From the NCBI GenBank assembly GCA_965116925.1, contig OZ220744.1:1952001-2016000 (forward strand): 64,000 nt of DNA. The letters run 5' to 3'. This document shows positions 1-9,135 of the stretch, piece after piece (within the stretch, counting starts at the first letter, position 1; each line of letters starts with the position of its first letter). Made by a program: the position numbers and the translations under genes. The notes beneath the pieces are model-generated. The model made no database searches and was not told the DNA's origin. It saw only the letters and a list, made by a program, of their open reading frames with translations. The stretch is from Candidatus Poribacteria bacterium. GTDB lineage: Bacteria > Poribacteria > WGA-4E > PCPOR2b.

Positions 1-133
1 CCTCCCAAGGTTGATCTGCTATGAGCACGGGGTCGGGATCCTGCACGGGTGGGTTCATACGCAGCTCGATGCCCTCCGAGCTTTGAAAGAAGCGTTTGTC
101 AATAAAGAGTTGCTTGTGGATTCCAATGTCCAT
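1..133 (-). CDS. 5' part of a hypothetical protein running off the window (N-terminus resembles beta-propeller glycoside-hydrolase-like proteins)
   Basis: Manual translation from ATG at 133: MDIGIHKQLFIDKRFFQSSEGIELRMNPPVQDPDPVLIADQPWE; open to the window edge; directly downstream of the aminotransferase. Confidence 0.6.
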   Translation of the reverse strand, partial: MDIGIHKQLFIDKRFFQSSEGIELRMNPPVQDPDPVLIADQPWE

Positions 134-144
134 GGAGGCTATCC

Positions 145-1434
145 TTACAGCTCTTTAGCCACAGCTGCAACGGCTGCAATGGTTTCGTCAATCACCGCGT
201 CATCGTGGACGGTGGAGAGGAACCAAGCACCACGTTCGAGCGCACGGACGCCGTGAGAAAGCAGATCGGTCGTGAAATTGACATAACGCGCTTTGTCTGC
301 CGCTAAGGAATCGCGATAGTTAGAGAAGGGTGAACTGGCACCCAAAGCGACATGGAAGATTTGAGGGAAACCTTGTACCTGCGCTTCGACATTGGCATCA
401 GCGAGGGCATCTTTTATGCCGGTCATCAGTTTCTTACCCTGTTTTTCGAGGAGGCTAGAGGTCCCCGGTTTGTTCAGTTCGCTTAGTGTTGCAACGACAG
501 CTGCCATAGCTGCCGGTAATGCGTTGTAACTGCCGCCGTGCAAGACACCGCCGGTTGCCATCTGATCCATCAGATCCGCGCGTCCAGCAAACGCTGATAC
601 TGGAAAACCGTTGGCGATCGCTTTGCCAAAGGTCGCTAGGTCAGGCGTAACGCCAAAATACTGTTGTGCGCCACCGGGCGCTAGCCGGAAACCGGTGATA
701 ATTTCATCGAAGATAAGAATGGTTTCTGTGTCAGTGCAGACTTTGCGTACCGCCTCCAGATAGCCTTTTACGGGCGCAATCGCGCTGGTATTGCACATCG
801 CTGGTTCCATAATGACCGCTGCCACATCACCCCGTCTCAAACGAGCCTCCAATATAGAGAGATTATTCCAAGGAAGTACTTCGGTGTGTTGACCGGCGGG
901 TAGATCCTGTCCGGCACTCGCAGGAATTGGCGTCGGCGAGGTGTCGGGCCCGAACTGATCCGGTGTAGGGGCGATGCTCCAAAGCACATTGTCGAGCCAA
1001 CCGTGATAGTGTCCCTCGAACTTAACAATGATCGAACGTCCCGTGGCAGCGCGAGCCACTCGCAGGGCAGCCTGAACGACCTCACTTCCCGCGCAGTTAA
1101 AGCGCACCATCTCCGCACAAGGAACAATTTCACAAAACAGGCGTGCTGCTTCAAACTCGATCTCGCTCTGACCAGCATATAGGATCCCGTATCTGAGCTG
1201 CTCTGTTACCGCTTTGAGCACCGGTTCGGGATTGTGTCCTAGGATCATGGGCCCCATCCCCAGATAGTAATCGATAAGTCTGTTGCCATCGACATCGTAC
1301 AGGTAGGGACCTTCTGCGCGTTCAAAAACAAGTGGCGTTGGGGAGATACCCATCCGAAAGTTGCTATTGACGCCTCCGGGTAGATGTTTTGCAAAATTAG
1401 CTAGACGCTTCTTAGATTGATCAAATCTTTTCAT
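145..1434 (-). CDS. Class III PLP-dependent aminotransferase (glutamate-1-semialdehyde aminomutase-like)
   Basis: Motifs PGGVNS, GPMILGH, KFEGHYHG, FDEIITGFR, DLATFGKAIANG; start placed at ATG 1434 after AAAGGA. Confidence 0.85.
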   Translation of the reverse strand: MKRFDQSKKRLANFAKHLPGGVNSNFRMGISPTPLVFERAEGPYLYDVDGNRLIDYYLGMGPMILGHNPEPVLKAVTEQLRYGILYAGQSEIEFEAARLFCEIVPCAEMVRFNCAGSEVVQAALRVARAATGRSIIVKFEGHYHGWLDNVLWSIAPTPDQFGPDTSPTPIPASAGQDLPAGQHTEVLPWNNLSILEARLRRGDVAAVIMEPAMCNTSAIAPVKGYLEAVRKVCTDTETILIFDEIITGFRLAPGGAQQYFGVTPDLATFGKAIANGFPVSAFAGRADLMDQMATGGVLHGGSYNALPAAMAAVVATLSELNKPGTSSLLEKQGKKLMTGIKDALADANVEAQVQGFPQIFHVALGASSPFSNYRDSLAADKARYVNFTTDLLSHGVRALERGAWFLSTVHDDAVIDETIAAVAAVAKEL

Positions 1435-1444
1435 AGTCAGTCCT

Positions 1445-2362
1445 TTAGCGGGTGAGGGCGTATGTGACAACATTCATCCCCTGCTCAAATGCCCACCGCC
1501 GCTGTTCCTCACCCCCCGGCTCGCACACCCTTCCTTCCCACGCGCAATTGAGATCACTTGGACAGAAGTAGACAGTGATCCGATCATCAATCATGATTGC
1601 TTCGTCGAAATCTCCATGAGGTGTGACTAATTTGTCGCCGCCGAGATATTCATCGTGGTCATAGATGGTATGATAGATTGGGTGGCTCATATCAAGTCGT
1701 TCAAACTTTTTATCTGGAAAAACCTGTTGCATCAGGCGATACACCGCAGGGCGCATCCGGTCGATGCGGATATCACAATCTTCGACGTGGAGGAAACCGC
1801 CGCGCTCCAAATATTCCCGTAATTTTCGGATATCCTCCTCTGAAAAACGGACGCCCAAGTGCCCTGTCATAAAAATAAAGGGATAGCTGCAGAGGCAATC
1901 GATGTCATCCTCTTCGATTGAGACGTATTGTGGATTCTCGTGGAGCTCAACATCAACGGAGGTGTATCTTGCTAGCATCTCTGTAAACTTTGTATCAGCG
2001 GGCCAACGGTAGTAGTTCACTGCGTTTGTGAACCAATCTCCGCCCGGATATTTGAGTCGGACAAAGACAAACTTCTCACCGATTGATTCTGGCGACGGGT
2101 GGTGATGTTCAATCCAGCCGAAATGATGGCCATAGTGTGCGTCGCGTGAGGCATCGTATGGGATGTATTCCCTAAAAGGAACCGCTTGACACCAACCGGC
2201 AAACTGATCCATGGCGAAGGCTGATGCTGCGATTCCTGTTGCACCCTTGAGAAACGCTCGACGCGACAAATGCGAAGGAGATGGGCGCAGTGGCTCTTGT
2301 CCTTGGAGATGGATCGGTTCGCCTGTGAATATAGCGCGATTTTTCTTATTGCTAGAGTCCAC
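1445..2362 (-). CDS. DUF4159-domain protein with twin-arginine (Tat) motif
   Basis: SRRAFLK followed by a hydrophobic stretch; YPFIFMTGH, LREYLERGGFL, HPIYH, SDLNCAWE, GMNVVTYALT. Confidence 0.75.
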   Translation of the reverse strand: MDSSNKKNRAIFTGEPIHLQGQEPLRPSPSHLSRRAFLKGATGIAASAFAMDQFAGWCQAVPFREYIPYDASRDAHYGHHFGWIEHHHPSPESIGEKFVFVRLKYPGGDWFTNAVNYYRWPADTKFTEMLARYTSVDVELHENPQYVSIEEDDIDCLCSYPFIFMTGHLGVRFSEEDIRKLREYLERGGFLHVEDCDIRIDRMRPAVYRLMQQVFPDKKFERLDMSHPIYHTIYDHDEYLGGDKLVTPHGDFDEAIMIDDRITVYFCPSDLNCAWEGRVCEPGGEEQRRWAFEQGMNVVTYALTR

Positions 2363-2396
2363 GGATATATCCTCCCAAGTTGAGACCGGTGCTATC

Positions 2397-3338
2397 TCAA
2401 CACCAGCGACCCTTGTCTACTATATTCCTTACTGGCTCGCTAGCGACGAATCGGCGAAGGTTTGCCGTTACGACTTCAATGCGGCGTTCTGCTGTATGGG
2501 GTCCCGATCCCGCAGTATGCGGCGTGATAATCACATTCTCCATACCCCAGAGCGGGTGGTCGGCGGGAAGTGGTTCGGTTTCAAACACATCAAGTCCTGC
2601 GCCGGCGATTTCACCCGCTTCTAGCGCAGCAGTCAAAGCAGCTAGATCTACGACAACCCCACGCGAGATATTGATGAGATACCCAGTTCTTTTCATCTGC
2701 TTGAATTGATCGGTATTAAGCAGTTTGAAGGTCTCTGGTGTATGAGGCACACAACTGACGACAAAATCGGCTTCCCCTAGGAGGTCGTCCAGCCGGTCGA
2801 TGCCCCATAACGCATCAACAAAATCATGCTTCTCAATCTCCACCGCATTGGTTGCTATGACACGCATCTCCGCTGCTGCGCCGCGTTTTGCCACCGCTGT
2901 CCCAATCCCCCCAAGCCCGATGACTCCAAGCGTTTTGTCCGCAAGATGGATGACCGGGACATCTTTTGCCCAGTTCCGTTCCAGCTGCCTTCTCAGAAAG
3001 ATATGAAAGCCACGCGCAAACATCAGGATGTATCCCATCACATGGTCTGCGATGTTGTCACTGTAGATACCCTGCATGTTGGACAGCGTAATATCACTTT
3101 CTGCCAGTGCCGGGAACATATAGTGTTCGAGTCCTGCCATCGGGGTCTGGATCCAGCACAGTTTTTTCGCCCGCGCTAACAGGTCCGGGGTGATTCGACC
3201 GTACATGGCATCAATTTTGGGGATGATTTCAAGGGCTTGATCTTCGCTTTCAACGTTCTGGATTTCAACTTCACTCGAAACGGATTGGATCGCTCGCAGC
3301 TCATCTTCACCAACTGCGGGATAAATTAGGAATTTCAT
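2397..3338 (-). CDS. D-isomer-specific 2-hydroxyacid dehydrogenase
   Basis: GLGGIG Rossmann motif, INISRG, AGLDVFETEPLP, ITPHTAG. Confidence 0.9.
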   Translation of the reverse strand: MKFLIYPAVGEDELRAIQSVSSEVEIQNVESEDQALEIIPKIDAMYGRITPDLLARAKKLCWIQTPMAGLEHYMFPALAESDITLSNMQGIYSDNIADHVMGYILMFARGFHIFLRRQLERNWAKDVPVIHLADKTLGVIGLGGIGTAVAKRGAAAEMRVIATNAVEIEKHDFVDALWGIDRLDDLLGEADFVVSCVPHTPETFKLLNTDQFKQMKRTGYLINISRGVVVDLAALTAALEAGEIAGAGLDVFETEPLPADHPLWGMENVIITPHTAGSGPHTAERRIEVVTANLRRFVASEPVRNIVDKGRWC

Positions 3339-3488
3339 CAAATATCACCATATCTATTGTCTTAAATTATGCGAGAATTTATGTTGATAGTACGCTTACA
3401 TAATAGTATAGCATTTCACCGCTACTCTGTAAAGGACAAGAGGGAATTTTCTCATTACTACTGCTTGGTCTGTGCTGTGATTTTTTGC

Positions 3489-3517
3489 TTGATCTTCGCT
3501 TTTCTTTCACTTATAAT
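3489..3517 (+). promoter_or_regulatory. Sigma70-type promoter for the GTPase gene
   Basis: TTGATC-17 nt-TATAAT. Confidence 0.55.
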
Positions 3518-3607
3518 CTTTTCTGATTATGAGGCATGAGCATACTTTCACAAACAGAAAAGCGTTAATATCAGAATCTGAAATTTTCGACACTTACGGA
3601 GACGATT

Positions 3608-4603
3608 ATGCCAGCAAATCTCCCTCCCGAATACTACAAACTCAAGCATGAACTTGAAGCGGCACGGACTGATGAAGAACGACTCCAGTTGTTGGAGGAG
3701 ATGACGCGAATCACGCCCAAGCATAAAGGCACAGAAAAGGTTCGCGCAGATCTCCGGTCTCGGATTGCAAAGTTGAGAAAATCCGCCGGGAAGAAGCAGT
3801 CGAAGAGAGGGCACAGCTATCATGTCCCCAAACAGGGCGCGGGTCAACTCGTACTAATTGGCACCCCTAATGTCGGTAAGTCGCAGATTATTGCTAGCTT
3901 TACGAAGGCGAAACCGGCTGTTTCTCCAACGCCGTATACGACCCAAGAGCCTAGCGTCGGGATGTTGGCTTATGAGAACATCCAATTCCAGTTGGTTGAC
4001 ACACCGCCAATCACACAGGACTTCGTACAGCCGTGGGTATTCGACCTTGTAAGAAACGCGGATCTCGTTCTACTCGTCGTTAGCCTTGCCAGTGATGAAA
4101 TCCTGGATCAGGTTGAAATCGTTAAATTGAGGTTGACCGAAGCCAAGATTCAAATTGCGGGAATTGAGAAACCGTTAGACGACGCGGAGGAAGAATTTAG
4201 CGCGAATTTCACGAAAACAGTCCTGCTTATTGCCAACCAAGCGGATGAAGCGGGGGCTGCGGATCGGTTAGAGATATTGCGCGAATTTTATTCTGAGGAT
4301 TTCCAGATCTACCCGCTTTCTGCTATCACCGGTGAAGGGCTTGATCAGTTGCAAGAAGTGGTGTATAAGCAGCTTGGGATCTTCCGCGTTTACACGAAAT
4401 CCCCAGCCAAGCCCATTGATTATGAAGATCCGATCGTGCTTCCGAATGGCAGCAAGGTTATTGAAGCGGCGATGGCACTGCACAAAGAGTTCGCTCAAGA
4501 TTTCAAGTCGGCACGAATTTGGGGTACTAACTGGTATGACGGACAGACTGTTAGCCGCGATGATGTGGTTTACGATGGGGATGTGCTGGAGTTTCATGTG
4601 TGA
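3608..4603 (+). CDS. DRG/Rbg-like OBG-family GTPase with C-terminal TGS domain
   Basis: MPANLPPEY N-terminus, PKHKGTEK, G1 GTPNVGKS, G2 PYTT, G3 DTPP, G4 variant NQAD, TGS-like end (HKEFAQDFKSARIWG...DGDVLEFH). Confidence 0.85.
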   Translation: MPANLPPEYYKLKHELEAARTDEERLQLLEEMTRITPKHKGTEKVRADLRSRIAKLRKSAGKKQSKRGHSYHVPKQGAGQLVLIGTPNVGKSQIIASFTKAKPAVSPTPYTTQEPSVGMLAYENIQFQLVDTPPITQDFVQPWVFDLVRNADLVLLVVSLASDEILDQVEIVKLRLTEAKIQIAGIEKPLDDAEEEFSANFTKTVLLIANQADEAGAADRLEILREFYSEDFQIYPLSAITGEGLDQLQEVVYKQLGIFRVYTKSPAKPIDYEDPIVLPNGSKVIEAAMALHKEFAQDFKSARIWGTNWYDGQTVSRDDVVYDGDVLEFHV

Positions 4604-4710
4604 TTGAGTCGAGAAAACTCACTTGCTTTACAAGCGTGAATAATTGATTAACATATAATAAGTATTTATGGTATAATACTTAGACTACTAACCTAGTAGG
4701 AGAAAACTTT

Positions 4711-5105
4711 GTGCAGTGGCCTGATTACTTTCCAGATGACTGCCCACCTCAAGACGCACAGCCAGCAACAGGTGATGTTTATCGTTTAGTCAAACAGAAT
4801 CCGCCAGAATCAAAGGATTTTATACCTCTCCGCGAAAAAAAAACTGGTGAAGATTTTGGTGAGAAAGAATGTCAAGCTTGTGGTCTTTCAGTTTTTAGAA
4901 ATGTTGAAGATGCTATACGAGTAAAGAACAGGCTCGTGGGATGGAAAAACGGCTTGTATCAAAAGGAACATTAAGTCCTCATCTTGGTAGAATCCAGAAT
5001 ACGCCTAGTAAAATGCTTGGAAAATCACATCATACTTGGTGGGCCCCAACTGAAGTGCAGCCTTGGAGTGTTTTCCGTGTTGTTCAAATTCCACAGGAGG
5101 GTTGA
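4711..5105 (+). pseudogene. Frameshifted small protein with ADP-ribosyltransferase-like motif order (possible toxin)
   Basis: Frame 1 gives FPDDCPP..VYRL..CGLSVF; the -1 frame from ~4932 continues ARGMEKRLVSKGTLSPHLGRIQNTPSKMLGKSHHTWWAP... to TGA 5103-5105, which overlaps the next ATG; RBS AGGAG precedes GTG 4711. Confidence 0.55.
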
Positions 5106-5785
5106 TGATGGGCTATCTTCCACAATCGACACACTTGGGTAAGCTTGAGTTAATCGAAGTATACGAGTTTTATGATCAGCCAATTCTTTTTTCTTGTAGA
5201 AATGCTTCGGATGCTATATTTATGGGGGTTTTTGCAGCTGAAGACGATAATTTTGAGACTTGGCTTTATGCTGGGGTATCTCCCCATCGTTTTAACCAAA
5301 TTCGTTCTGGAGCGATTGATCTGCACGATGCCTTTTCTGAAGTTGAAGACGGCATAATTTTTCAGATTAAAGTGCCTCATGATGGACAGATGCCAGTATC
5401 AATGCCTATCTCTGCAGCCCAAATTCCAGACGATATGTTGCCCTTACCCGGTGAATTCATAAATCTTGAGCCGACTTTGTCCGAATTGGACGAAGATTTA
5501 AAATGGAAATCCCTCCAAAAGCAGTTTAGAGATTTTTCAGAACCAGAACATGATGTTACTGGAACATTAATAGGAGTGTTTACCGATACTAGGACATTTG
5601 GAATTAAAGCGCAAGACGGTACTATATATAAGGGCAAAATAATGGATGAGGCCTTTGATGCTGCGAGTAATGCTACTATTAGTGATAGATATATTGCGAC
5701 TATCCGAGAAGTTACTTCCATTCAACCGGTAGCACAGGAAACGAAAACAGAATACCATTTAGTAGATTTACAGCCAACCCAATAA
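5105..5785 (+). CDS. DUF6575-like domain protein with beta-rich C-terminal domain
   Basis: YEFYDQPILFSC...WLYAGVSPHRFNQIRSGAIDLHDAF; start ATG 5105 (or 5108) after CAGGAGG. Confidence 0.6.
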   Translation: MMGYLPQSTHLGKLELIEVYEFYDQPILFSCRNASDAIFMGVFAAEDDNFETWLYAGVSPHRFNQIRSGAIDLHDAFSEVEDGIIFQIKVPHDGQMPVSMPISAAQIPDDMLPLPGEFINLEPTLSELDEDLKWKSLQKQFRDFSEPEHDVTGTLIGVFTDTRTFGIKAQDGTIYKGKIMDEAFDAASNATISDRYIATIREVTSIQPVAQETKTEYHLVDLQPTQ

Positions 5786-5834
5786 ATACACCTTACTCAA
5801 AACTCTGTTTTAGCATCTAACCTTATAACATATC

Positions 5835-6926
5835 TTGGATTTCAAAGAGATTACACTATTCCGTAAAAACCTGCTTGTGTGGTTTGAAGCCCACCGCCGG
5901 CAACTTCCTTGGCGCGAAACGGAGGATCCCTATCGTATCTGGGTTTCGGAGGTGATGCTCCAGCAAACGCAGGTCAAAAAAGTTCTAGAGTATTATCAGA
6001 AGTTTGTGAGCAGCTTTCCCGATGTGGAGGGTCTGGCGCGGGCTGAGCTGCAAGATCTGCTGAAAGCTTGGGAGGGATTGGGATACTATGCCAGGGCACG
6101 GAATCTCCACAAAGCCGCTCAAGTAGTCGTACAAGAGTTAGGGAGTGAGATACCTGCGGATTATGCTGTATTCCGCAAGCTACCCGGTGTAGGGGACTAC
6201 ATCGCCGCCGCGGTGCAAAGCATTGCGTTTAACCGTCCCTATGCCGTTGTGGATGGGAACGTTAAACGGGTCCTTGCACGACTGTTTCTAATTGAGACAC
6301 CTATTAATCAATCTGCTTCGACAAAGATTTTTCAGGAAAAGGCAGATCTATTGCTAGACCACACCGCGCCGGGGATTTTTAATCAGGCGATGATGGAATT
6401 GGGTGCAACCGTTTGTCGGCCGCAATCACCGACCTGTATCGTTTGTCCGGTGAATACGGTTTGTCGCGCATTTCAGACCGCTCGACAAGAAGAATTTCCG
6501 ATTCGACAGAAATCGAAACCCCTTCCGGAGTATCATATTGTCGCAGGGGTTATCCGCAAAGGAGATCAGATTTTAATCACCCAACGTAAACCGGAAGGGT
6601 TACTTGGCGGGTTGTGGGAGTTTCCCAGCGGAAAGATTCAGGTGAAAGAAACTGCTGAACAGGCATGTGTTCGTGCAATCCGAGAAGAGACAAACCTGCT
6701 CGTTGAACCAATCGAATATCTGACCCGCGTTAAACACGCCTATACGCACTTTAAGATTACAATGGACGTTTTTCATTGTCATTATCGATCCGGCGAAGTC
6801 CTCCTGAACGATGCGGTGGATTATCGCTGGATTACCGTTGATCAGATTGATCAATTTCCGTTTCCACGTTCCAACCACAAATTTATTCCCCTGTTGACAC
6901 AGGGGGTGGAGGAGATTAATGAGTAA
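5835..6926 (+). CDS. mutY: A/G-specific adenine glycosylase MutY
   Basis: WVSEVMLQQT, WEGLGYYARARNL, HhH LPGVGDY, VDGNVKRV, Fe-S motif C-x6-C-x2-C-x5-C, NUDIX-like C-terminus. Confidence 0.95.
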   Translation: MDFKEITLFRKNLLVWFEAHRRQLPWRETEDPYRIWVSEVMLQQTQVKKVLEYYQKFVSSFPDVEGLARAELQDLLKAWEGLGYYARARNLHKAAQVVVQELGSEIPADYAVFRKLPGVGDYIAAAVQSIAFNRPYAVVDGNVKRVLARLFLIETPINQSASTKIFQEKADLLLDHTAPGIFNQAMMELGATVCRPQSPTCIVCPVNTVCRAFQTARQEEFPIRQKSKPLPEYHIVAGVIRKGDQILITQRKPEGLLGGLWEFPSGKIQVKETAEQACVRAIREETNLLVEPIEYLTRVKHAYTHFKITMDVFHCHYRSGEVLLNDAVDYRWITVDQIDQFPFPRSNHKFIPLLTQGVEEINE

Positions 6927-8046
6927 CGATGGTCTGACAGTTTATCGAGATTTAGGTGTTAAGCCAGTTATCAATGCGATGGGTTTCATGACGGTATATG
7001 GCGGTTCCCGTCCGTCGCCGGGGGTTCAATCGGCGATGAATCATGCTAGCCGGTACTTCGCTGATATGGAGGATCTGCTGAAGAAAACGGGGAACATTAT
7101 CGCAGATCTGTTAGGAGGCGAAGCAGCACTGGTGACACCGGGCTGTGCCGCTGCGCTCGCACTGAGTTCAGCGACCTGCATGGCTGGAGACGATCCCGAC
7201 AAGATTCAACAGCTGCCGGATACAACCGGTATGAAAGACGAAATCATCATCCAAAAATCACAGCGATACCACTACGACCGATGTATAACCGTTTTTGGTG
7301 CCAAAATGATTGAGGCGGGCGATGAGCATACCACCGCGGAGCAGGTGGAAGCTACGATTAACGAGAAAACTGCCGCTATCCACTACGTCGCGCCCGGAGG
7401 TGGCGCAGGGGTTGTGTCGTTGGAAGAGATGATTAGCATTGCCCATTCCCACGGTATTCCGGTGATCGTTGACGCGGCGAGCCAAGTTTATCCGCTGGAT
7501 CAGATGCGTCGTTATCCGGAGGCAGGCGCAGATATGATTGGATATGGCGCGAAATACTTCGGGGCGTGTAATTCGACAGGGGTACTGTGCGGTCGGAAGG
7601 ATCTGGTAGATGCTGCTTTCGTACATAGTTTCATCGGCTATGAAACACAACTGTCTCGGTCCGTTGGCAGACCACTGAAACTTGATCGTCAGGAGATTGT
7701 CGCTGTCGTCGCTGCATTGCGCGAATGGTTTTCCATGGACCATGCCGCACGAATCGCCGAACACGGTTGGAAAGCGCGTGCCATTCAGGATGCACTTGAT
7801 GGTGTTCCTCATGTCACTTGTCAACCGGTGACGGATGAACGGACGTTGGGCAATGGGCTTGTGGTCAGTTTGGACGAGGGTGCGTTGGGTAAAACCGCTA
7901 GCGAGATAGCCGCTACCCTGCTTGATGGCGATCCAAGTATCGTTCTGCACGGAGGTAACGGTTCGCTGCACGTCGCCGTATCAAATCTGATCGACGATGA
8001 CCTACAGGTAGTCGCAGATCGGTTGAGAGAGGTCCTGGCAGCTTAG
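6919..8046 (+). CDS. SelA/DgaE-like PLP-dependent enzyme
   Basis: LGVKPVINAMG..T.YGGS, GCAAAL, VIVDAAS, GAKYFG, GRPLKLDRQEIV. Confidence 0.75.
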   Translation: MSNDGLTVYRDLGVKPVINAMGFMTVYGGSRPSPGVQSAMNHASRYFADMEDLLKKTGNIIADLLGGEAALVTPGCAAALALSSATCMAGDDPDKIQQLPDTTGMKDEIIIQKSQRYHYDRCITVFGAKMIEAGDEHTTAEQVEATINEKTAAIHYVAPGGGAGVVSLEEMISIAHSHGIPVIVDAASQVYPLDQMRRYPEAGADMIGYGAKYFGACNSTGVLCGRKDLVDAAFVHSFIGYETQLSRSVGRPLKLDRQEIVAVVAALREWFSMDHAARIAEHGWKARAIQDALDGVPHVTCQPVTDERTLGNGLVVSLDEGALGKTASEIAATLLDGDPSIVLHGGNGSLHVAVSNLIDDDLQVVADRLREVLAA

Positions 8047-8067
8047 GAAAAATCGGTCATTGTATCA

Positions 8068-8095
8068 GTAGGGAACAGCGATCGTTGTTCCCTAC
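8068..8095. repeat. GTAG-type REP palindrome
   Basis: GTAGGGAACAGCGATCGTTGTTCCCTAC; relatives at 14314, 32027, 38645, 54788. Confidence 0.75.
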
Positions 8096-8125
8096 ATAAT
8101 TTCCACCAATGCAAGGAGATTATTT

Positions 8126-9070
8126 ATGCCACTATGGGAACGCCAAGTCAACGAATGGCTTGCCGAGAAACCGCAACGCACGGCGGCGGCTGATTTTGAC
8201 GCGTTTTGGGACGAGACACAATCGCTGGCTCAATCCCAACCGCTGAATGCAGAGGTCGTCTCTGTAGAATATCCCTCAAAGAAGTTGTCCGCTTATCAGG
8301 TCTCGTTCGATGCCTTTGATCGAGGTCGTATTCAGGCATGGCTTCTCGTACCTACTAGCTCTACATCGGAGAAGCTACCCGCACTGATTCGTTGGCACGA
8401 CTACCTCGGTTTTCGCGGACGGATCTGCACACATCTGACATGGGCACTTCAGGGATTTGTGGTGCTCGTGCCAGATATTCGGGGACACGGGGATTCTTCC
8501 GACTTGACGCATTACTCGCGGGGCAATAACAAAGGGTATTTTGCCCAAGGCATTCTGGATCCGCACGAATACTATTTGCGCGGCTGCATCGCCGATGGAT
8601 TCCGAGCGGTTCAGTTTCTCAACGGTCGTGAGGAAGTTGATTCAGATCGAGTTGGGATCATTGGAGATGGGCTAGGCGGGTTTATCAGTTTATGGACAGC
8701 AGCATTTAATTCGCAGATCAACACGATTGCGCCGGTCGGACCGTATCCTTGCAACTGGGAGCGACACGTTATCAGCGCAAGCAGCATTGCTGCCGACGAA
8801 GTTAAGATTTACCTGACACGCTATCCTGAACAGGAAGAGACGGTCTGGAATACGTTGAACTACTTTGACCCGGTCAATATTGCCCACCGTGTCGAATGTC
8901 CTTCGTTCTTCCCGCTTGGTCTACAGGGAAATACCGCTCCGCCGCAGGACTCTGTGGGTATCTACAACCTGATTGAGGGTGAAAAGGAGTTAAAGGTACT
9001 GCCTTACGACGGGCACGGTGCAGGCATTGAAGAATTGATTTGCTGGATGCAAGAGCGATTAGAGCCGTAG
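8126..9070 (+). CDS. Acetylxylan esterase/cephalosporin-C deacetylase (CE7) homolog with degenerate active site
   Basis: DFDAFW, P.LIRWHDY, YFDPVNIA; nucleophile elbow is GDGLG rather than GxSQG. Confidence 0.75.
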   Translation: MPLWERQVNEWLAEKPQRTAAADFDAFWDETQSLAQSQPLNAEVVSVEYPSKKLSAYQVSFDAFDRGRIQAWLLVPTSSTSEKLPALIRWHDYLGFRGRICTHLTWALQGFVVLVPDIRGHGDSSDLTHYSRGNNKGYFAQGILDPHEYYLRGCIADGFRAVQFLNGREEVDSDRVGIIGDGLGGFISLWTAAFNSQINTIAPVGPYPCNWERHVISASSIAADEVKIYLTRYPEQEETVWNTLNYFDPVNIAHRVECPSFFPLGLQGNTAPPQDSVGIYNLIEGEKELKVLPYDGHGAGIEELICWMQERLEP

Positions 9071-9135
9071 CGCATTAGGGAGCAATAGACGTTATTACCG
9101 ACTTTCAGTTTGTACGATAACAGGAGACCTATAAG

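Noticed and set aside
145..1434. hemL symbol
   Set aside because: Family match only; no tetrapyrrole gene context and paralogs are common
4835..4843. A9 run as a phase-variable or programmed frameshift site
   Set aside because: The protein-like CQACGLSVF segment downstream is still in the original frame; the break appears near 4930
6919..8046. True selA
   Set aside because: Shorter than bacterial SelA, with no selB/selC/selD context
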